From: Eledone cirrhosa
Lineage: Eukaryota
Length of the DNA stretch: 64,000 nt
Direction: 5' to 3'
Assembly (NCBI GenBank): GCA_964016885.1
Contig: OZ024740.1
Location: forward strand, 419,120,001-419,184,000
The number at the start of each line of letters is the position of its first letter. The stretch's first letter is position 1. Made by a program: the position numbers and the translations under genes. Under the pieces are notes generated by a model. It was given only the letters and a program-made list of their open reading frames with translations. It was not told where the DNA came from and ran no database searches. Shown in pieces: positions 1 through 16,701 of the stretch.

Positions 1-3000
1 TATATAGTCAATATACTAAACTATATCCACCCTATATAGTCAACTAAACTATATCTACACTATATAGTCACTTTACTAAACTATACCCACCCTATATAGT
101 AAATATACTAAACTAAACTTACCCTAGATAGTCAACTAAACTATACCTACCCTATATATTCAACTAAACTATACCTACCCTATATACTCAATATACTAAA
201 CTGTACCACCCTATATATTCAACTAAACTATACCACCCTATATAGTCAATATACTAAACTATACCCACCCTATATAGTCAACTAAACTATACCTACCCTA
301 TATAGTCAATATACTAAACTATACCCACCCTATATAGTCAACTAAACTATACCTACCGTATATAGTCAACTAGACTATACCTACCCTATATAGTTAACTA
401 AACTATACCCACCTATAGAGTCAACTAAACTATACCTACCCTATATAATTAACTAAACTATACCTACCCTATATAGGTAACTAAACTATACCACCCTATA
501 TAGTCAATATACTAAACTATACCCACCCTATATAGTCAACTAAACTATACCTACCCTATATAGTCAACTAAACTATACCTACCCTATATAGTCAACTAAA
601 CTATACCTACACTACATAGTCAACTAAATTATACCTACCCTATATAGTTAACTAAACTATACCACCCTATATAGTCAATATACTAAACTATACCTACACT
701 ATATAGTCAACTAAACTATACCTACCCTATATAGTCAACATACTAAACTATACCTGCCCTATATAGTCAATTAAACTATACCTACCCTATATAGTCAACT
801 AAACTATACCCACCCTATATAGTCAATATACTAAACTACACCCACACTATATAGTCAACTAAACTATAGCTACCCTATATAGTCAGTTAAACTATACCAC
901 CCTATATAGTGAATATACTAAACTATACCTACACTATATAGTCAACTAAACTATACACACCCTATATAGTCACTTACTAAACTATAGCCTCCCTATATAG
1001 TCAACTAAACTATACCACCCCATATAGTCAACTAAACTATACCACCCCATATAGTCAACTAAACTATGCCTACCCTATATAGTTATCTAAACTATACCTA
1101 CCCTAAATACTCAATATACTAAACTATACCACCCTATATAGTCAATTAAACTATACCTACCCTATATGGTCAACTAAACTATACCCACTCTATATAGTTA
1201 ACTAAACTATAGCTACCATATATAGTCAACTAAAATATACCACCCTATATAGTCAATGTACTAAACTATAACCAACCTATATAGTCAACTAAACTATACC
1301 ACACTATATAGTTAACTAAACTATACGTACCTTATATAGTCAACTAAACTATACCTACCCTATATAGTTAACTAAACTATACCCACCTATATAGTCAACT
1401 AAACTATACCTACCCTATATGGTTAACTAAACTATACCTACCCTATATAGTCAATTTACAAAACTATACCACCTTATATAGTCAACTAAACTATACGTAC
1501 ACTATATAGTCAACTAAACTATACCTACCCTATATAGTCAACTAAACTATACCTACCCTATATAGTCAATATACTAAACTATACCAACTTATATAGTCAA
1601 CTAAACGATACCTACCCTACATAGTCAACTAAACTATACCTACTCTATATAGTCAACTAAACTATACCTACCCTATATAGTTAACTCAACTATACCCACA
1701 CTATATAGTCAACTAAACTATACCACCCTATATAGTCAATATACTAAACTATACCACCTCATTTAGTCAACTAAACTATACCAACCCTATATAGTCAACA
1801 AAACTATACCACCCTATATAGTCAATATACTAAACTATACCAACTTATATAGTCAACTAAACGATACCTACCCTACATAGTCAACTAAACTATACCTACC
1901 CTACATAGTCAACTAAACTATACCTGCCCTATATAGTCAACTAAACTATACCTACCCTATGTAGTTAACTGAACTATACCCACCCTATATAGTCAATATA
2001 CTAAACTATACCCGCTCTATATAGTCAACTAAACTATAGCTACCCTATATATCAACTAAACTATACCTACCCTATATAGTCAACTAAACTATACCTACCC
2101 TATGTAGTTAATTGAACTATACCCACCCTATATAGTAAATACACTAAACTATACCCACCCTATATAGTCAAATAAACTATACCCACCCTATATATTCACT
2201 TTACTAAACTATACCCACCCTATATAGTCAATATATTAAACTATACCACCCTATATAGTCAATATAATAAACTATACCACCCTACATAGTCAACTAAACT
2301 ATACCCACCCCATATAGTCACTTTACAAAACTATACCCACCGTATATAGTCAACTAAACTATACCACCCTATATAGTAAATATACTAAACTATACCTACC
2401 CTATATAGTCAACTAAACTATACCTACCCTATATAGTCAACTAAACTATACCTACCCTATATAGTTAACTAAACTATACCTACCCTATATAGGTAACTAA
2501 ACTATACCACCCTATATAGTCAATATACTAAACTATACCCACCCTATATAGTCAACTAAACTATACCTACCCTATATAGTCAACTAAACTATATCCACCT
2601 TATATAGTCAACTAAACTATACCTACCCTATATAGTCAACTAAACTGTACCTACCGTATATAGTCAACTAAACTATACCCACCTTCTATAGTCAACTAAA
2701 CTATACCTACCCTATATAGTCAACTAAACTATACCCACCCTATATAGTTAACTAAACTATACCTACCCTATATAGTCAATATACTAAACTATACCCACCC
2801 TATATAGTCAACTAAACTATATCTACACTATATAGTCACTTTACTAAACTATACCCACCCTATATAGTAAATATACTAAACTAAACTTACCCTATATAGT
2901 CAACTAAACTATACCTACCCTATATATTCAACTAAACTATACCTACCCTATATACTCAATATACTAAACCGTACCACCCTATATATTCAACTAAACTATA

Positions 3001-6000
3001 CCACCCTATATAGTCAATATACTAAACTATACCCACCCTATATAGTCAACTAAACTATACCACCCTATATAGTCAATATACTAAACTCTTCCTACACTAT
3101 ATAGTCAACTAAACTATACCTACCCTATATAGTCAATATACTAAACTATACCCACCCTATATAGTCAACTAAACTATACCTACCGTATATAGTCAACTAG
3201 ACTATACCTACCCTATATAGTTAACTAAACTATACCCACCTATAGAGTCAACTAAACTATACCTACCCTATATAGTTAACTAAACTATACCTACCCTATA
3301 TAGATAACTAAACTATACCACCCTATATAGTCAATATACTAAACTATACCCACCCTATATAGTCAACTAAACTATACCTACCCTATATAGTCAACTAAAC
3401 TATACCTACCCTATATAGTCAACTAAACTATACCACCCTATATAGTAAATATACTAAACTATACCTACCCTATATAGTCAACTAAACTATACCTACCCTA
3501 TATAGTCAACTAAACTATACCTACCCTATATAGTTAACTAAACTATACCTACCCTATATAGGTAACTAAACTATACCACCCTATATAGTCAATATACTAA
3601 ACTATACCCACCCTATATAGTCAACTAAACTATACCTACCCTATATAGTCAACTAAACTATATCCACCTTATATAGTCAACTAAACTATACCTACCCTAT
3701 ATAGTCAACTAAACTATACCTACCGTATATAGTCAACTAAACTATACCCACCTTCTATAGTCAACTAAACTATACCTACCCTATATAGTCAACTAAACTA
3801 TACCCACCCTATATAGTTAACTAAACTATACCTACCCTATATAGTCAATATACTAAACTATACCCACCCTATATAGTCAACTAAACTATATCTACACTAT
3901 ATAGTCACTTTACTAAACTATACCCACCCTATATAGTAAATATACTAAACTAAACTTACCCTATATAGTCAACTAAACTATACCTACCCTATATATTCAA
4001 CTAAACTATACCTACCCTATATACTCAATATACTAAACCGTACCACCCTATATATTCAACTAAACTATACCACCCTATATAGTCAATATACTAAACTATA
4101 CCCACCCTATATAGTCAACTAAACTATACCACCCTATATAGTCAATATACTAAACTCTTCCTACACTATATAGTCAACTAAACTATACCTACCCTATATA
4201 GTCAATATACTAAACTATACCCACCCTATATAGTCAACTAAACTATACCTACCGTATATAGTCAACTAGACTATACCTGCCCTATATAGTTAACTAAACT
4301 ATACCCACCTATAGAGTCAACTAAACTATACCTACCCTATATAGTTAACTAAACTATACCTACCCTATATAGGTAACTAAACTATACCACCCTATATAGT
4401 CAATATACTAAACTATACCCACCCTATATAGTCAACTAAACTATACCTACCCTATATAGTCAACTAAACTATACCTACCCTATATAGTCAACTAAACTAT
4501 ACCTGCCCTATATAGTCAATTAAACTATACCTACCCTATATAGTCAACTAAACTATACCGACCCTATATAGTCAATATACTAAACTACACCCACACTATA
4601 TAGTCAACTAAACTATAGCTACCCTATATAGTCAGTTAAACTATACCACCCTATATAGTGAATATACTAAACTATAACTACACTATATAGTCAACTAAAC
4701 TATACACACCCTATATAGTCACTTACTAAACTATAGCCTCCCTATATAGTCAACTAAACTATACCACCCCATATAGTCAACTAAACTATACCACCCCATA
4801 TAGTCAACTAAACTATACCTACCCTATATAGTTATCTAAACTATACCTACCCTAAATACTCAATATACTAAACTATACCACCCTATATAGTCAACTAAAC
4901 TATACCCACTCTATATAGTTAACTAAACTATAGCTACCATATATAGTCAACTAAAATATACCACCCTATATAGTCAATGTACTAAACTATAACCAACCTA
5001 TATAGTCAACTAAACTATGCCACACTATATAGTTAACTAAACTATACGTACCTTATATAGTCAACTAAACTATACCTACCCTATATAGTTAACTAAACTA
5101 TACCCACCTATATAGTCAACTAAACTATACCTACCCTATATGGTTAACTAAACTATACCTACCCTATATAGTCAATTTACAAAACTATACCACCTTATAT
5201 AGTCAACTAAACTATACGTACACTATATAGTCAACTAAACTATACCTACCCTATATAGTCAACTAAACTATACCTACCCTATATAGTCAATATACTAAAC
5301 TATACCAACTTATATAGTCAACTAAACGATACCTACCCTACATAGTCAACTAAACTATACCTACTCTATATAGTCAACTAAACTATACCTACCCTATATA
5401 GTTAACTCAACTATACCCACACTATATAGTCAACTAAACTATACCACCCTATATAGTCAATATACTAAACTATACCACCTCATTTAGTCAACTAAACTAT
5501 ACCAACCCTATATAGTCAACAAAACTATACCACCCTATATAGTCAATATACTAAACTATACCAACTTATATAGTCAACTAAACGATACCTACCCTACATA
5601 GTCAACTAAACTATACCTACCCTACATAGTCAACTAAACTATACCTGCCCTATATAGTCAACTAAACTATACCTACCCTATGTAGTTAACTGAACTATAC
5701 CCACCCTATATAGTCAATATACTAAACTATACCCGCTCTATATAGTCAACTAAACTATAGCTACCCTATATATCAACTAAACTATACCTACCCTATATAG
5801 TCAACTAAACTATACCTACCCTATGTAGTTAATTGAACTATACCCACCCTATATAGTAAATACACTAAACTATACCCACCCTATATAGTCAACTAAACTA
5901 TACCCACCCTATATATTCACTTTACTAAACTATACCCACCCTATATAGTCAATATATTAAACTATACCACCCTATATAGTCAATATAATAAACTATACCA

Positions 6001-9000
6001 CCCTACATAGTCAACTAAACTATACCCACCCCATATAGTCACTTTACAAAACTATACCCACCGTATATAGTCAACTAAACTATATCCACCTTATATAGTC
6101 AACTAAACTATACCTACCCTATATAGTCAACTAAACTATACCTACCGTATATAGTCAACTAAACTATACCCACCTTCTATAGTCAACTAAACTATACCTA
6201 CCCTATATAGTCAACTAAACTATACCCACCCTATATAGTTAACTAAACTATACCTACCCTATATAGTCAATATACTAAACTATACCTACCCTATATAGTC
6301 AACTAAACTATATCTACACTATATAGTCACTTTACTAAACTATACCCACCCTATATAGTAAATATACTAAACTAAACTTACCCTATATAGTCAACTAGAC
6401 TATACCTACCCTATATAGTTAACTAAACTATACCCACCTATAGAGTCAACTAAACTATACCTACCCTATATAGTTAACTAAACTATACCTACCCTATATA
6501 GGTAACTAAACTATACCACCCTATATAGTCAATATACTAAACTATACCCACCCTATATAGTCAACTAAACTATACCTACCCTATATAGTCAACTAAACTA
6601 TACCTACCCTATATAGTCAACTAAACTATACCTACACTACATAGTCAACTAAATTATACCTACCCTATATAGTTAACTAAACTATACCCACCCTATATAG
6701 GTAACTAAACTATACCACCCTATATAGTCAATATACTAAACTATACCTACACTATATAGTCAACTAAACTATACATACCCTATATAGTCAATATACTAAA
6801 CTATACCTGCCCTATATAGTCAATTAAACTATACCTACCCTATATAGTCAACTAAACTATACCCACCCTATATAGTCAATATACTAAACTACACCCACAC
6901 TATATAGTCAACTAAACTATAGCTACCCTATATAGTCAGTTAAACTATACCACCCTATATAGTGAATATACTAAACTATACCTACACTATATAGTCAACT
7001 AAACTATACACACCCTATATAGTCACTTACTAAACTATAGCCTCCCTATATAGTCAACTAAACTATACCACCCCATATAGTCAACTAAACTATACCACCC
7101 CATATAGTCAACTAAACTATACCCACCCTATATAGTTAACTAGACTATACCTACCCTATATAGTTATCTAAACTATACCTACCCTAAATACTCAATATAC
7201 TAAACTATACCACCCTATATAGTCAATTAAACTATACCTACCCTATATGGTCAACTAAACTATACCCACTCTATATAGTTAACTAAACTATAGCTACCAT
7301 ATATAGTCAACTAAAATATACCACCCTATATAGTCAATGTACTAAACTATAACCAACCTATATAGTCAACTAAACTATACCACACTATATAGTTAACTAA
7401 ATTATACCTACCTTATAAAGTCAACTAAACTATACGTACCTTATATAGTCAACTAAACTATACCTACCCTATATAGTTAACTAAACTATACCCACCTATA
7501 TAGTCAACTAAACTATACCTACCCTATATGGTTAACTAAACTATACCTACCCTATATAGTCAATTTACAAAACTATACCACCTTATATAGTCAACTAAAC
7601 TATACGTACACTATATAGTCAACTAAACTATACCTACCCAATATAGTCAACTAAACTATACCTACCCTATATAGTCAACTAAACTATACCTACCCTATAT
7701 AGTCACTTTACTAAACTAAACCCACCCTATATAGTAAATATACTAAACTATACCTACCCTATATAGTCAACTAAACTATACCTACCCTATATAGTCAATA
7801 TACTAAACTGTACCCACCCTTTATAGTCAACTAAACTATACCTACCCTATATAGTCAATATACTAAACTATACCCACCCTATATAGTCAACTAAACTATA
7901 CCTACCCTATATAGTCAATATACTAAACTATACCCACCCTATATAGTCAACTAAACTATACCACCCTATATAGTCAATATACTAAACTATACCCACCCTA
8001 TATAGTCAACTAAACTATACCTACACTGTATATTCAACTAAACTATACCTACCCTATATAGTCAATATACTAAACTATACCCACCCTTTATAGACAACTA
8101 AACTATACCACTCTATATAGTCAATATACTAAGCTATACCCTCCCTATATAGTCAACTAAACTATACCACCCTATATAGTCACTATACTAAACTATACCT
8201 ACCCTATATAGTTAACTAAACTATACCCACCCAATATAGTCAATTTACTAAACTATACCACCTTATATAGTCAACTAAACTATACCTACCCTATATAGTT
8301 AACTAAACTATACCCACCCTATATAGTCAACTAAACTATACCACCCTATATAGTCAATATACTAAACTATACCACCTTATATAGTCAACTAAACTATACC
8401 TACCCTATATAGTCAATATACTAAACTATACACACCCTATATAGTCAACTAAACTATACCACCCTATATAGACAATATACTAAACTATACAACCCTATAT
8501 AGTCAACTAAATTATACCTACCCTATATAGTCAATATACTAAACTATACCTACCCTATATAGTCAATTGAACTATACCTACCCTATATGGTCAACTAAAT
8601 TATACCCACTCTATATAGTTAACTAAACTATAGCTACCCTATAGAGTCAACTAAACTATACCACCCTATATAGTCAATACACTAAACTATACCCACCCTA
8701 TATAGTCAACTAAACTATATGCACCATATATATTCACTTTACTAAACTATACCCACCCTATATAGTCAATATACTAAACTATACCGCCCTATATAGTCAA
8801 TATACTAAACTATACCACCCTATATAGTCAACTAAACTATACCCACCTTATATAGTCAACTAAACTATACCCACACTATATAGTCAACTAAACTATACCT
8901 ACCCTATATAGTTAACTAAACTATACCTACCCTATATAGTCAACTAAACTATACCTACCCTATATAGTCAATATACTAAACTATACCACCCTATATAGTC

Positions 9001-12000
9001 AATATACTAAACTATACCTACCCGATATAGTCAACTAAACTATACCACCCCATATATTCAACTAAACTATACCTACCCTATATAGTCAATATACAAAACT
9101 ATACCTACCCTATATAGTCAACTAAACTATAGCACCCTATATAGTTAATATACAAAACTATACCTACCCTATATAGTTAACTAGACTATAACCACCCTAT
9201 ATAGTCAACTAAACTATACCACCCTATATAGTCAATATACAAAACTATACATACCCTATATAGTTAACTAAACTATACCTACCCTATATAGTCAACTAAA
9301 CTATACCTACCTATATAGTCAACTAAACTATACCTACCCTGTATAGTCACTTTACTAAACTATACCCACCCTATATAGTCAACTAAACTATACCTACCGT
9401 ATATAGTCAACTAAACTATACCTACCCTATATAGTCACTTTACTAAACTATACCCACCCTATATAGTCAATATACTAAACTATACCTACCCGATATAGTC
9501 AACTAAACTATACCTACCCTATATAGTCAATATACTAAACTATACCCACCCTATATAGTCAACTAAACTATACCTACCCTATATAGTCAACTAAACTATA
9601 CCTACCCTGTATAGTCACTTTACTAAACTATACCCTCCCTATATAGTCAACTAAACTATACCCACCCTATATAGTCAACTAAACTATACCAACCCTATAT
9701 AGTCAATATACTAAACTATACACACCCTATATAGTCAACTAAACTATACCTACCCTATATAGTCAATATACTAAACTACACCTACCCTATATAGTCAACT
9801 AAACTATACCTACCCTATATAGTCAATATACTAAACTATACCTACCCTGTATAGTCAACTAAACTATACCCACCCTATATAGTCAATTAGACTATACCTA
9901 CCCTATATAGTAAACTAAACTATACCTACCCTATATAGTTAACTAAACTATACCCACCCTATATAGTCAACTAAACTATACCTACCCTATATAGTCAACT
10001 AAACTATACCCACACTATATAGTCAACTAAACTATACCTACCCTCTATAGTCAATATACTAAACTATACGCACCTTATATAGTCAACTAAACTATACCCA
10101 CACTATTTAGTCAACTAAACTATACCCACACTATATAGTTAACTAAATTATACCTACCCTATATAGTTAACTAAACTATACCACCCTATATAGTCAATAT
10201 ACTAAACTATACCTACCCTATATAGTCAACTAAACTATACCTACCCTATATAGTCAATATACTAAACTAAACCTACCCTATATAGTTAATATACTAAACT
10301 ATACCCACCCTATATAGTCAACTAAACTATACCTACCCTATATAGTCAACTAAACTATACCTACCCTATATAGGCAACTAAACTATACCTACCCTATATA
10401 GTCAATATACTAAACTATACCTACCCTCTATAGTCAATATACTAAACTATACCTACCCTATATAGTCAACTAAACTATACCTACCCTATATAGTCAATAT
10501 ACTAAACTATACCTACCCTATATAGTCAATATACTAAACTATACCTACCCTATATAGTCAACTAAACTATACCTACCCTATATAGTCAATTAAACTAGAC
10601 CTACCCTATATAGTCAACTAAACTATACCCACCCTATATAGTCAACTAAACTATACCTACCCTATATAGTCAATATACTAAACTATACCTACCCTATATA
10701 GTCAACTAAACTATACCTACCCTATATAGTCAACTAAGCTATACCTACCCTATATAGTCAACTAAACTATACCACCCTATATAGTCAACTAAGCTATACC
10801 TACCCTATATAGTCAACTAAACTATACCCACCCTATATAGTCAACTAAGCTATACCTACCCTATATAGTCAATATACTAAACTATACCACCCTATATAGT
10901 CAACTAAACTATACCTACCCTATACAGTTAACTAAGCTATACCTACCCTATATAGTCAACTAAACTATACCTACCCTATATAGTCAATTAAACTATACCT
11001 GCCCTATATAATCAACTAAACTATACCACCCTATATAGTCAATATACTAAACTATAGCCACCCTATATAGTCAACTAAACTATACCACCCTATATAGTCA
11101 ATATACTAAACTATACCCACCCTGTATATGTATAGTCAACTAAACTATACCCACCCTATATAGTCAATTAAACTATACCTACCCTATATAGTCAATATAC
11201 TAAACTACACCTACCCTATATAGTCAACTAAACTATACCTACCCTATATAGTCAATATACTAAACTATACCTACCCTGTATAGTCAACTAAACTATACCC
11301 ACCCTATATAGTCAATTAAACTATACCTACCCTATATAGTAAACTAAACTATACCTACCCTATATAGTTAACTAAACTATACCCACCCTATATAGTCAAC
11401 TAAACTATACCTACCCTATATAATCAACTAAACTATACCCACCCTATATAGTCAACTAAACTATACCTACCCTATATAATCAATATACTAAACTATACCT
11501 ACCCTATATAGTCAACTAAACTATACCACCCTATATAGTCAACTAAACTATACCTACCTTATATAGTCAACTAAGCTATACCTACCCTATATAGTCAATA
11601 TACTAAACTATACGCACCTTATATAGTCAACTAAACTATACCCACACTATTTAGTCAACTAAACTATACCCACACTATATAGTTAACTAAATTATACCTA
11701 CCCTATATAGTTAACTAAACTATACCACCCTATATAGTCAATATACTAAACTATACCCACCCTGTATAGTCAACTAAACTATACCCACCCTATATAGTCA
11801 ATTAAACTATACCTACCCATATAGTCAATATACTAAACTATACCTACCCTATATAGTCAACTAAACTATACCACCCTATATAGTCAACTAAACTATACCT
11901 ACCTTATATAGTCAACTAAGCTATACCTACCCTATATAGTCAATATACTAAACTATACCCATCTTATATAGTCAACTAAACTATACCCACCTTATATAAT

Positions 12001-15000
12001 CAACTAAAATATAACACACTATATAGTCAACTAAACTATACCCACACTATATAGTTAACTAAATTATACCTACCCTATATAGTTAACTAAACTATACCCA
12101 CCCTATATAGTCAACTAAACTATACCTACCCTATATAGTCAACTAAACTATACCAACCCTATATTGTCAACTAAGCTATACCTACCCTATATAGTCAATA
12201 TACTAAACTATACCTACCCTATATAGTCAACTAAACTATACCTACCCTATATAGTCAATATACTAAACTATACCTACCCTATATAGTCAATATACTAAAC
12301 TATACCTACCCTATATAGTCAACTAAACTATACCTACCCTATATAGTCAACTAAACTAGACCTACCCTATATAATCAACTAAACTATACCCACCCTATAT
12401 AGTCAACTAAACTATACCTACCCTATATAATCAACTAAACTATACCCACCCTATATAGTCAACTAAACTATACCTACCCTATATAATCAATATACTAAAC
12501 TATACCTACCCTATATAGTCAACTAAACTATACCACCCTATATAGTCAACTAAACTATACCTACCTTATATAGTCAACTAAGCTATACCTACCCTATATA
12601 GTCAATATACTAAACTATACGCACCTTATATAGTCAACTAAACTATACCCACACTATTTAGTCAACTAAACTATACCCACACTATATAGTTAACTAAATT
12701 ATACCTACCCTATATAGTTAACTAAACTATACCACCCTATATAGTCAATATACTAAACTATACCCACCCTGTATAGTCAACTAAACTATACCCACCCTAT
12801 ATAGTCAATTAAACTATACCTACCCATATAGTCAATATACTAAACTATACCTACCCTATATAGTCAACTAAACTATACCACCCTATATAGTCAACTAAAC
12901 TATACCTACCTTATATAGTCAACTAAGCTATACCTACCCTATATAGTCAATATACTAAACTATACCCATCTTATATAGTCAACTAAACTATACCCACCTT
13001 ATATAATCAACTAAAATATAACACACTATATAGTCAACTAAACTATACCCACACTATATAGTTAACTAAATTATACCTACCCTATATAGTTAACTAAACT
13101 ATACCCACCCTATATAGTCAACTAAACTATACCTACCCTATATAGTCAACTAAACTATACCAACCCTATATTGTCAACTAAACTATACCTACCCTATATA
13201 GTCAATATACTAAACTATACCTACCCTATATAGTCAACTAAACTATATCTACCTTATATAGTCAACTAAGCTATACCTACCCTATATAGTCAATATACTA
13301 AACTATACCTACCCTATATAGTCAACTAAACTATACCTACCCTATATAGTCAATATACTAAACTATACCTACCCTATATAGTCAATATACTAAACTATAC
13401 CTACCCTATATAGTCAACTAAACTATACCTACCCTATATAGTCAACTAAACTATACCACCCTATATAGTCAACTAAGCTATACCTACCCTATATAGTCAA
13501 CGAAACTATACCCACCCTATATTGTCAACTAAACTATACCTACCCTATATAGTCAACTAAGCTATACCTACCCTATATAGTCAATATACTAAACTATACC
13601 ACCCTATATAGTCAACTAAACTATACCTACCCTATATAGTTAACTAAGCTATACCTACCCTATATAGTCAACTAAACTATACCTACCCTATATAGTCAAC
13701 TGAACTATACCCACCCTATATAGTTAGCTAAACTATATCTACCCTATATAGTCAACTAAACTATACCTACCCTATATTGTCAACTAAACTATACCTACCC
13801 TATATAGTCAACTAAACTATACCCACCCTACATAGTCAACTAAACTATACCTACCCTATATAGTCAACTAAGCTATACCCACCCTATATATTCAACTAAA
13901 CTATACCCACCCTATATAGTCAATATACTAAACTATACCCACCCTATATAGTCAACTAAGCTATACCTACCTATATAGTCAACTAAACTATACCCACCCT
14001 ACATAGTCAACTAAACTATACCTACCCTATATAGTCAACTAAACTATACCTACCCTTTATAGTCAACTAAACTATACCCACATAATATAGTCAACTAAAC
14101 TATACCCACCCTATATAGTCAATATACTAAACTATACCTACCCTATATAGTCAACTAAACTATACCCACCCTATATATTCAATATACTAAACTATACCCA
14201 CCCTACATAGTCAACTAAACTATACCTACCCTATATAGTCAACTAAACTATACCTACCCTATATAGTCAACTAAACTATACCCACCCTATATAATCAATA
14301 TACTAAACTATACCTACCCTATATAGTCAACTAAACTATACCACCCTATATAGTCAACTAAGCTATACCCACCCTTTATATTCAACTAAACTATACCCAC
14401 CCTATATAGTCAATATACTAAACTATGCCCACCCTATATAGTCAACTAAGCTATACCTACCCTATATAGTCAACTAAACTATACCCACCCTATATAGTCA
14501 ACTAAGCTACACCCACCCTATACAGTCAACTAAACTATACCCACCCTATATTGTCAACTCAGCTATACCTACCCTATATACTCAATATACTAAACTATAC
14601 CACCCTATATAGTCAACTAAACTATACCTACCCTATATAGTTAACTAAGCTATACCTACCCTATATAGTCAACTAAACTATACCTACCCTATATAGTCAA
14701 CTGAACTATACCCACCCTATATAGTTAGCTAAACTATATCTACCCTATATAGTCAACTAAACTATACCTACCCTATATTGTCAACTAAACTATACCTACC
14801 CTATATAGTCAACTAAACTATACCCACCCTACATAGTCAACTAAACTATACCTACCCTATATAGTCAACTAAGCTATACCCACCCTATATATTCAACTAA
14901 ACTATACCCACCCTATATAGTCAATATACTAAACTATACCCACCCTATATAGTCAACTAAGCTATACCTACCTATATAGTCAACTAAACTATACCCACCC

Positions 15001-15920
15001 TACATAGTCAACTAAACTATACCTACCCTATATAGTCAACTAAACTATACCTACCCTTTATAGTCAACTAAACTATACCCACATAATATAGTCAACTAAA
15101 CTATACCCACCCTATATAGTCAATATACTAAACTATACCTACCCTATATAGTCAACTAAACTATACCCACCCTATATATTCAATATACTAAACTATACCC
15201 ACCCTACATAGTCAACTAAACTATACCTACCCTATATAGTCAACTAAACTATACCTACCCTATATAGTCAACTAAACTATACCCACCCTACATAGTCAAC
15301 TAAACTATACCTACCCTATATAGTCAACTAAACTATACCTACCCTTTATAGTCAACTAAACTATACCCACATAATATAGTCAACTAAACTATACCCACCC
15401 TATATAGTCAATATACTAAACTATACCTACCCTATATAGTCAACTAAACTATACCCACCCTATATATTCAATATACTAAACTATACCCACCCTACATAGT
15501 CAACTAAACTATACCTACCCTATATAGTCAACTAAACTATACCACCCTATATAGTCAACTAAGCTCTACCCACCCTTTATATTCAACTAAACTATACCCA
15601 CCCTATATAGTCAATATACTAAACTATGCCCACCCTATATAGTCAACTAAGCTATACCTACCCTATATAGTCAACTAAACTATACCCACCCTATATAGTC
15701 AACTAAGCTACACCCACCCTATACAGTCAACTAAACTATACCCACCCTATATAGTCAACTCAGCTATACCTACCCTATATAGTCAACTCAACTATACCTA
15801 CCCTATATAGTCAACTAAACTATACCACCCTATATAGTCAACTAAACTATACCTACCCTATATAGTCAACTAACTATACCCACCCTATATAGTCAATATA
15901 CTAAACTATACCCACACTAT
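1..15920. repeat. Satellite array, 28-bp monomer TATATAGTCAACTAAACTATACCTACCC with 32-bp (4-nt insertion) and 27-bp variants; extends beyond the left edge
   Basis: Continuous tandem monomers to ...cccacactat at about 15920, then an abrupt switch to unique sequence. Confidence 0.99.
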
Positions 15921-16379
15921 AAAAGATGGTAGCTTTGTTCTTATGATAGGATCAACAATACTAAAATATTTAAACCATTTGAGCAATAAATAAATCTTTA
16001 TTTCTGAAATGTTTTTTTAAAGTATGCTTCATTGAGCTGATATATTTGTATCTCTATCGCTAAGGTTTATTAATCCATAGCAACTGATATGAGCAATAAA
16101 ACTAACTGAATTGACATGTTCAAGATTTGTGATTTGTCATAGCAATAGTAATCTGGTTGTTGATAACAATTGTTGTAGATATATTTATTTCAAGCTGGGT
16201 TGTACATCAGATTTCTGTAACATTTCATGTTTCTTTTTAAAAAGACAAAACAATCTCTCGACCATTTCTGGAGAAAAGGACACTGTGAATGACCTATCAG
16301 AACCCTTCTCTGGGGGCAATGTAGCTGATTTAAAGAGAGAGTGAGAGAGAGAGAGAGTGAGAGAGATACAGACAAGCAA

Positions 16380-16550
16380 ACAAGAATCAGACCAGCCCCC
16401 AATACTTGATTTATCAACCCTTTATATATAGATGGACGAAAGCTAAGTTGACCTATATAGCATATGAATTCAGGACACAGTGGACCAGAATGAATATCAC
16501 AAGACATTCTATACAGTGCTCTAACAACTCGACCAATTTTCTGCCTTGAC
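16380..16550 (-). mobile_element. Degenerate tRNA-derived SINE (Deu/Nin-like family)
   Basis: tacttgatttatcaaccc...gacgaaagctaagttgacc...gaatatcacaagacattct resembles the reverse complement of better-preserved copies (e.g. 63759-63950). Confidence 0.55.
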
Positions 16551-16701
16551 AATATCTTACTAATGGCAGATTTGTATTGATTTTTTTAATATATATATTA
16601 GCATAATGTAATCACAGCTGCAAGAGTCATTTGAGTGATTGGCAACCAGCTTTGTAAATGATTAAAAACAAAACAAAAAATAATTGACCCGACTTGATTC
16701 A

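Noticed and set aside
1-15920. Telomeric repeat
   Set aside because: C-rich strand bias is telomere-like but there is no (CCCTAA)n; it is a variable 27-32-bp satellite
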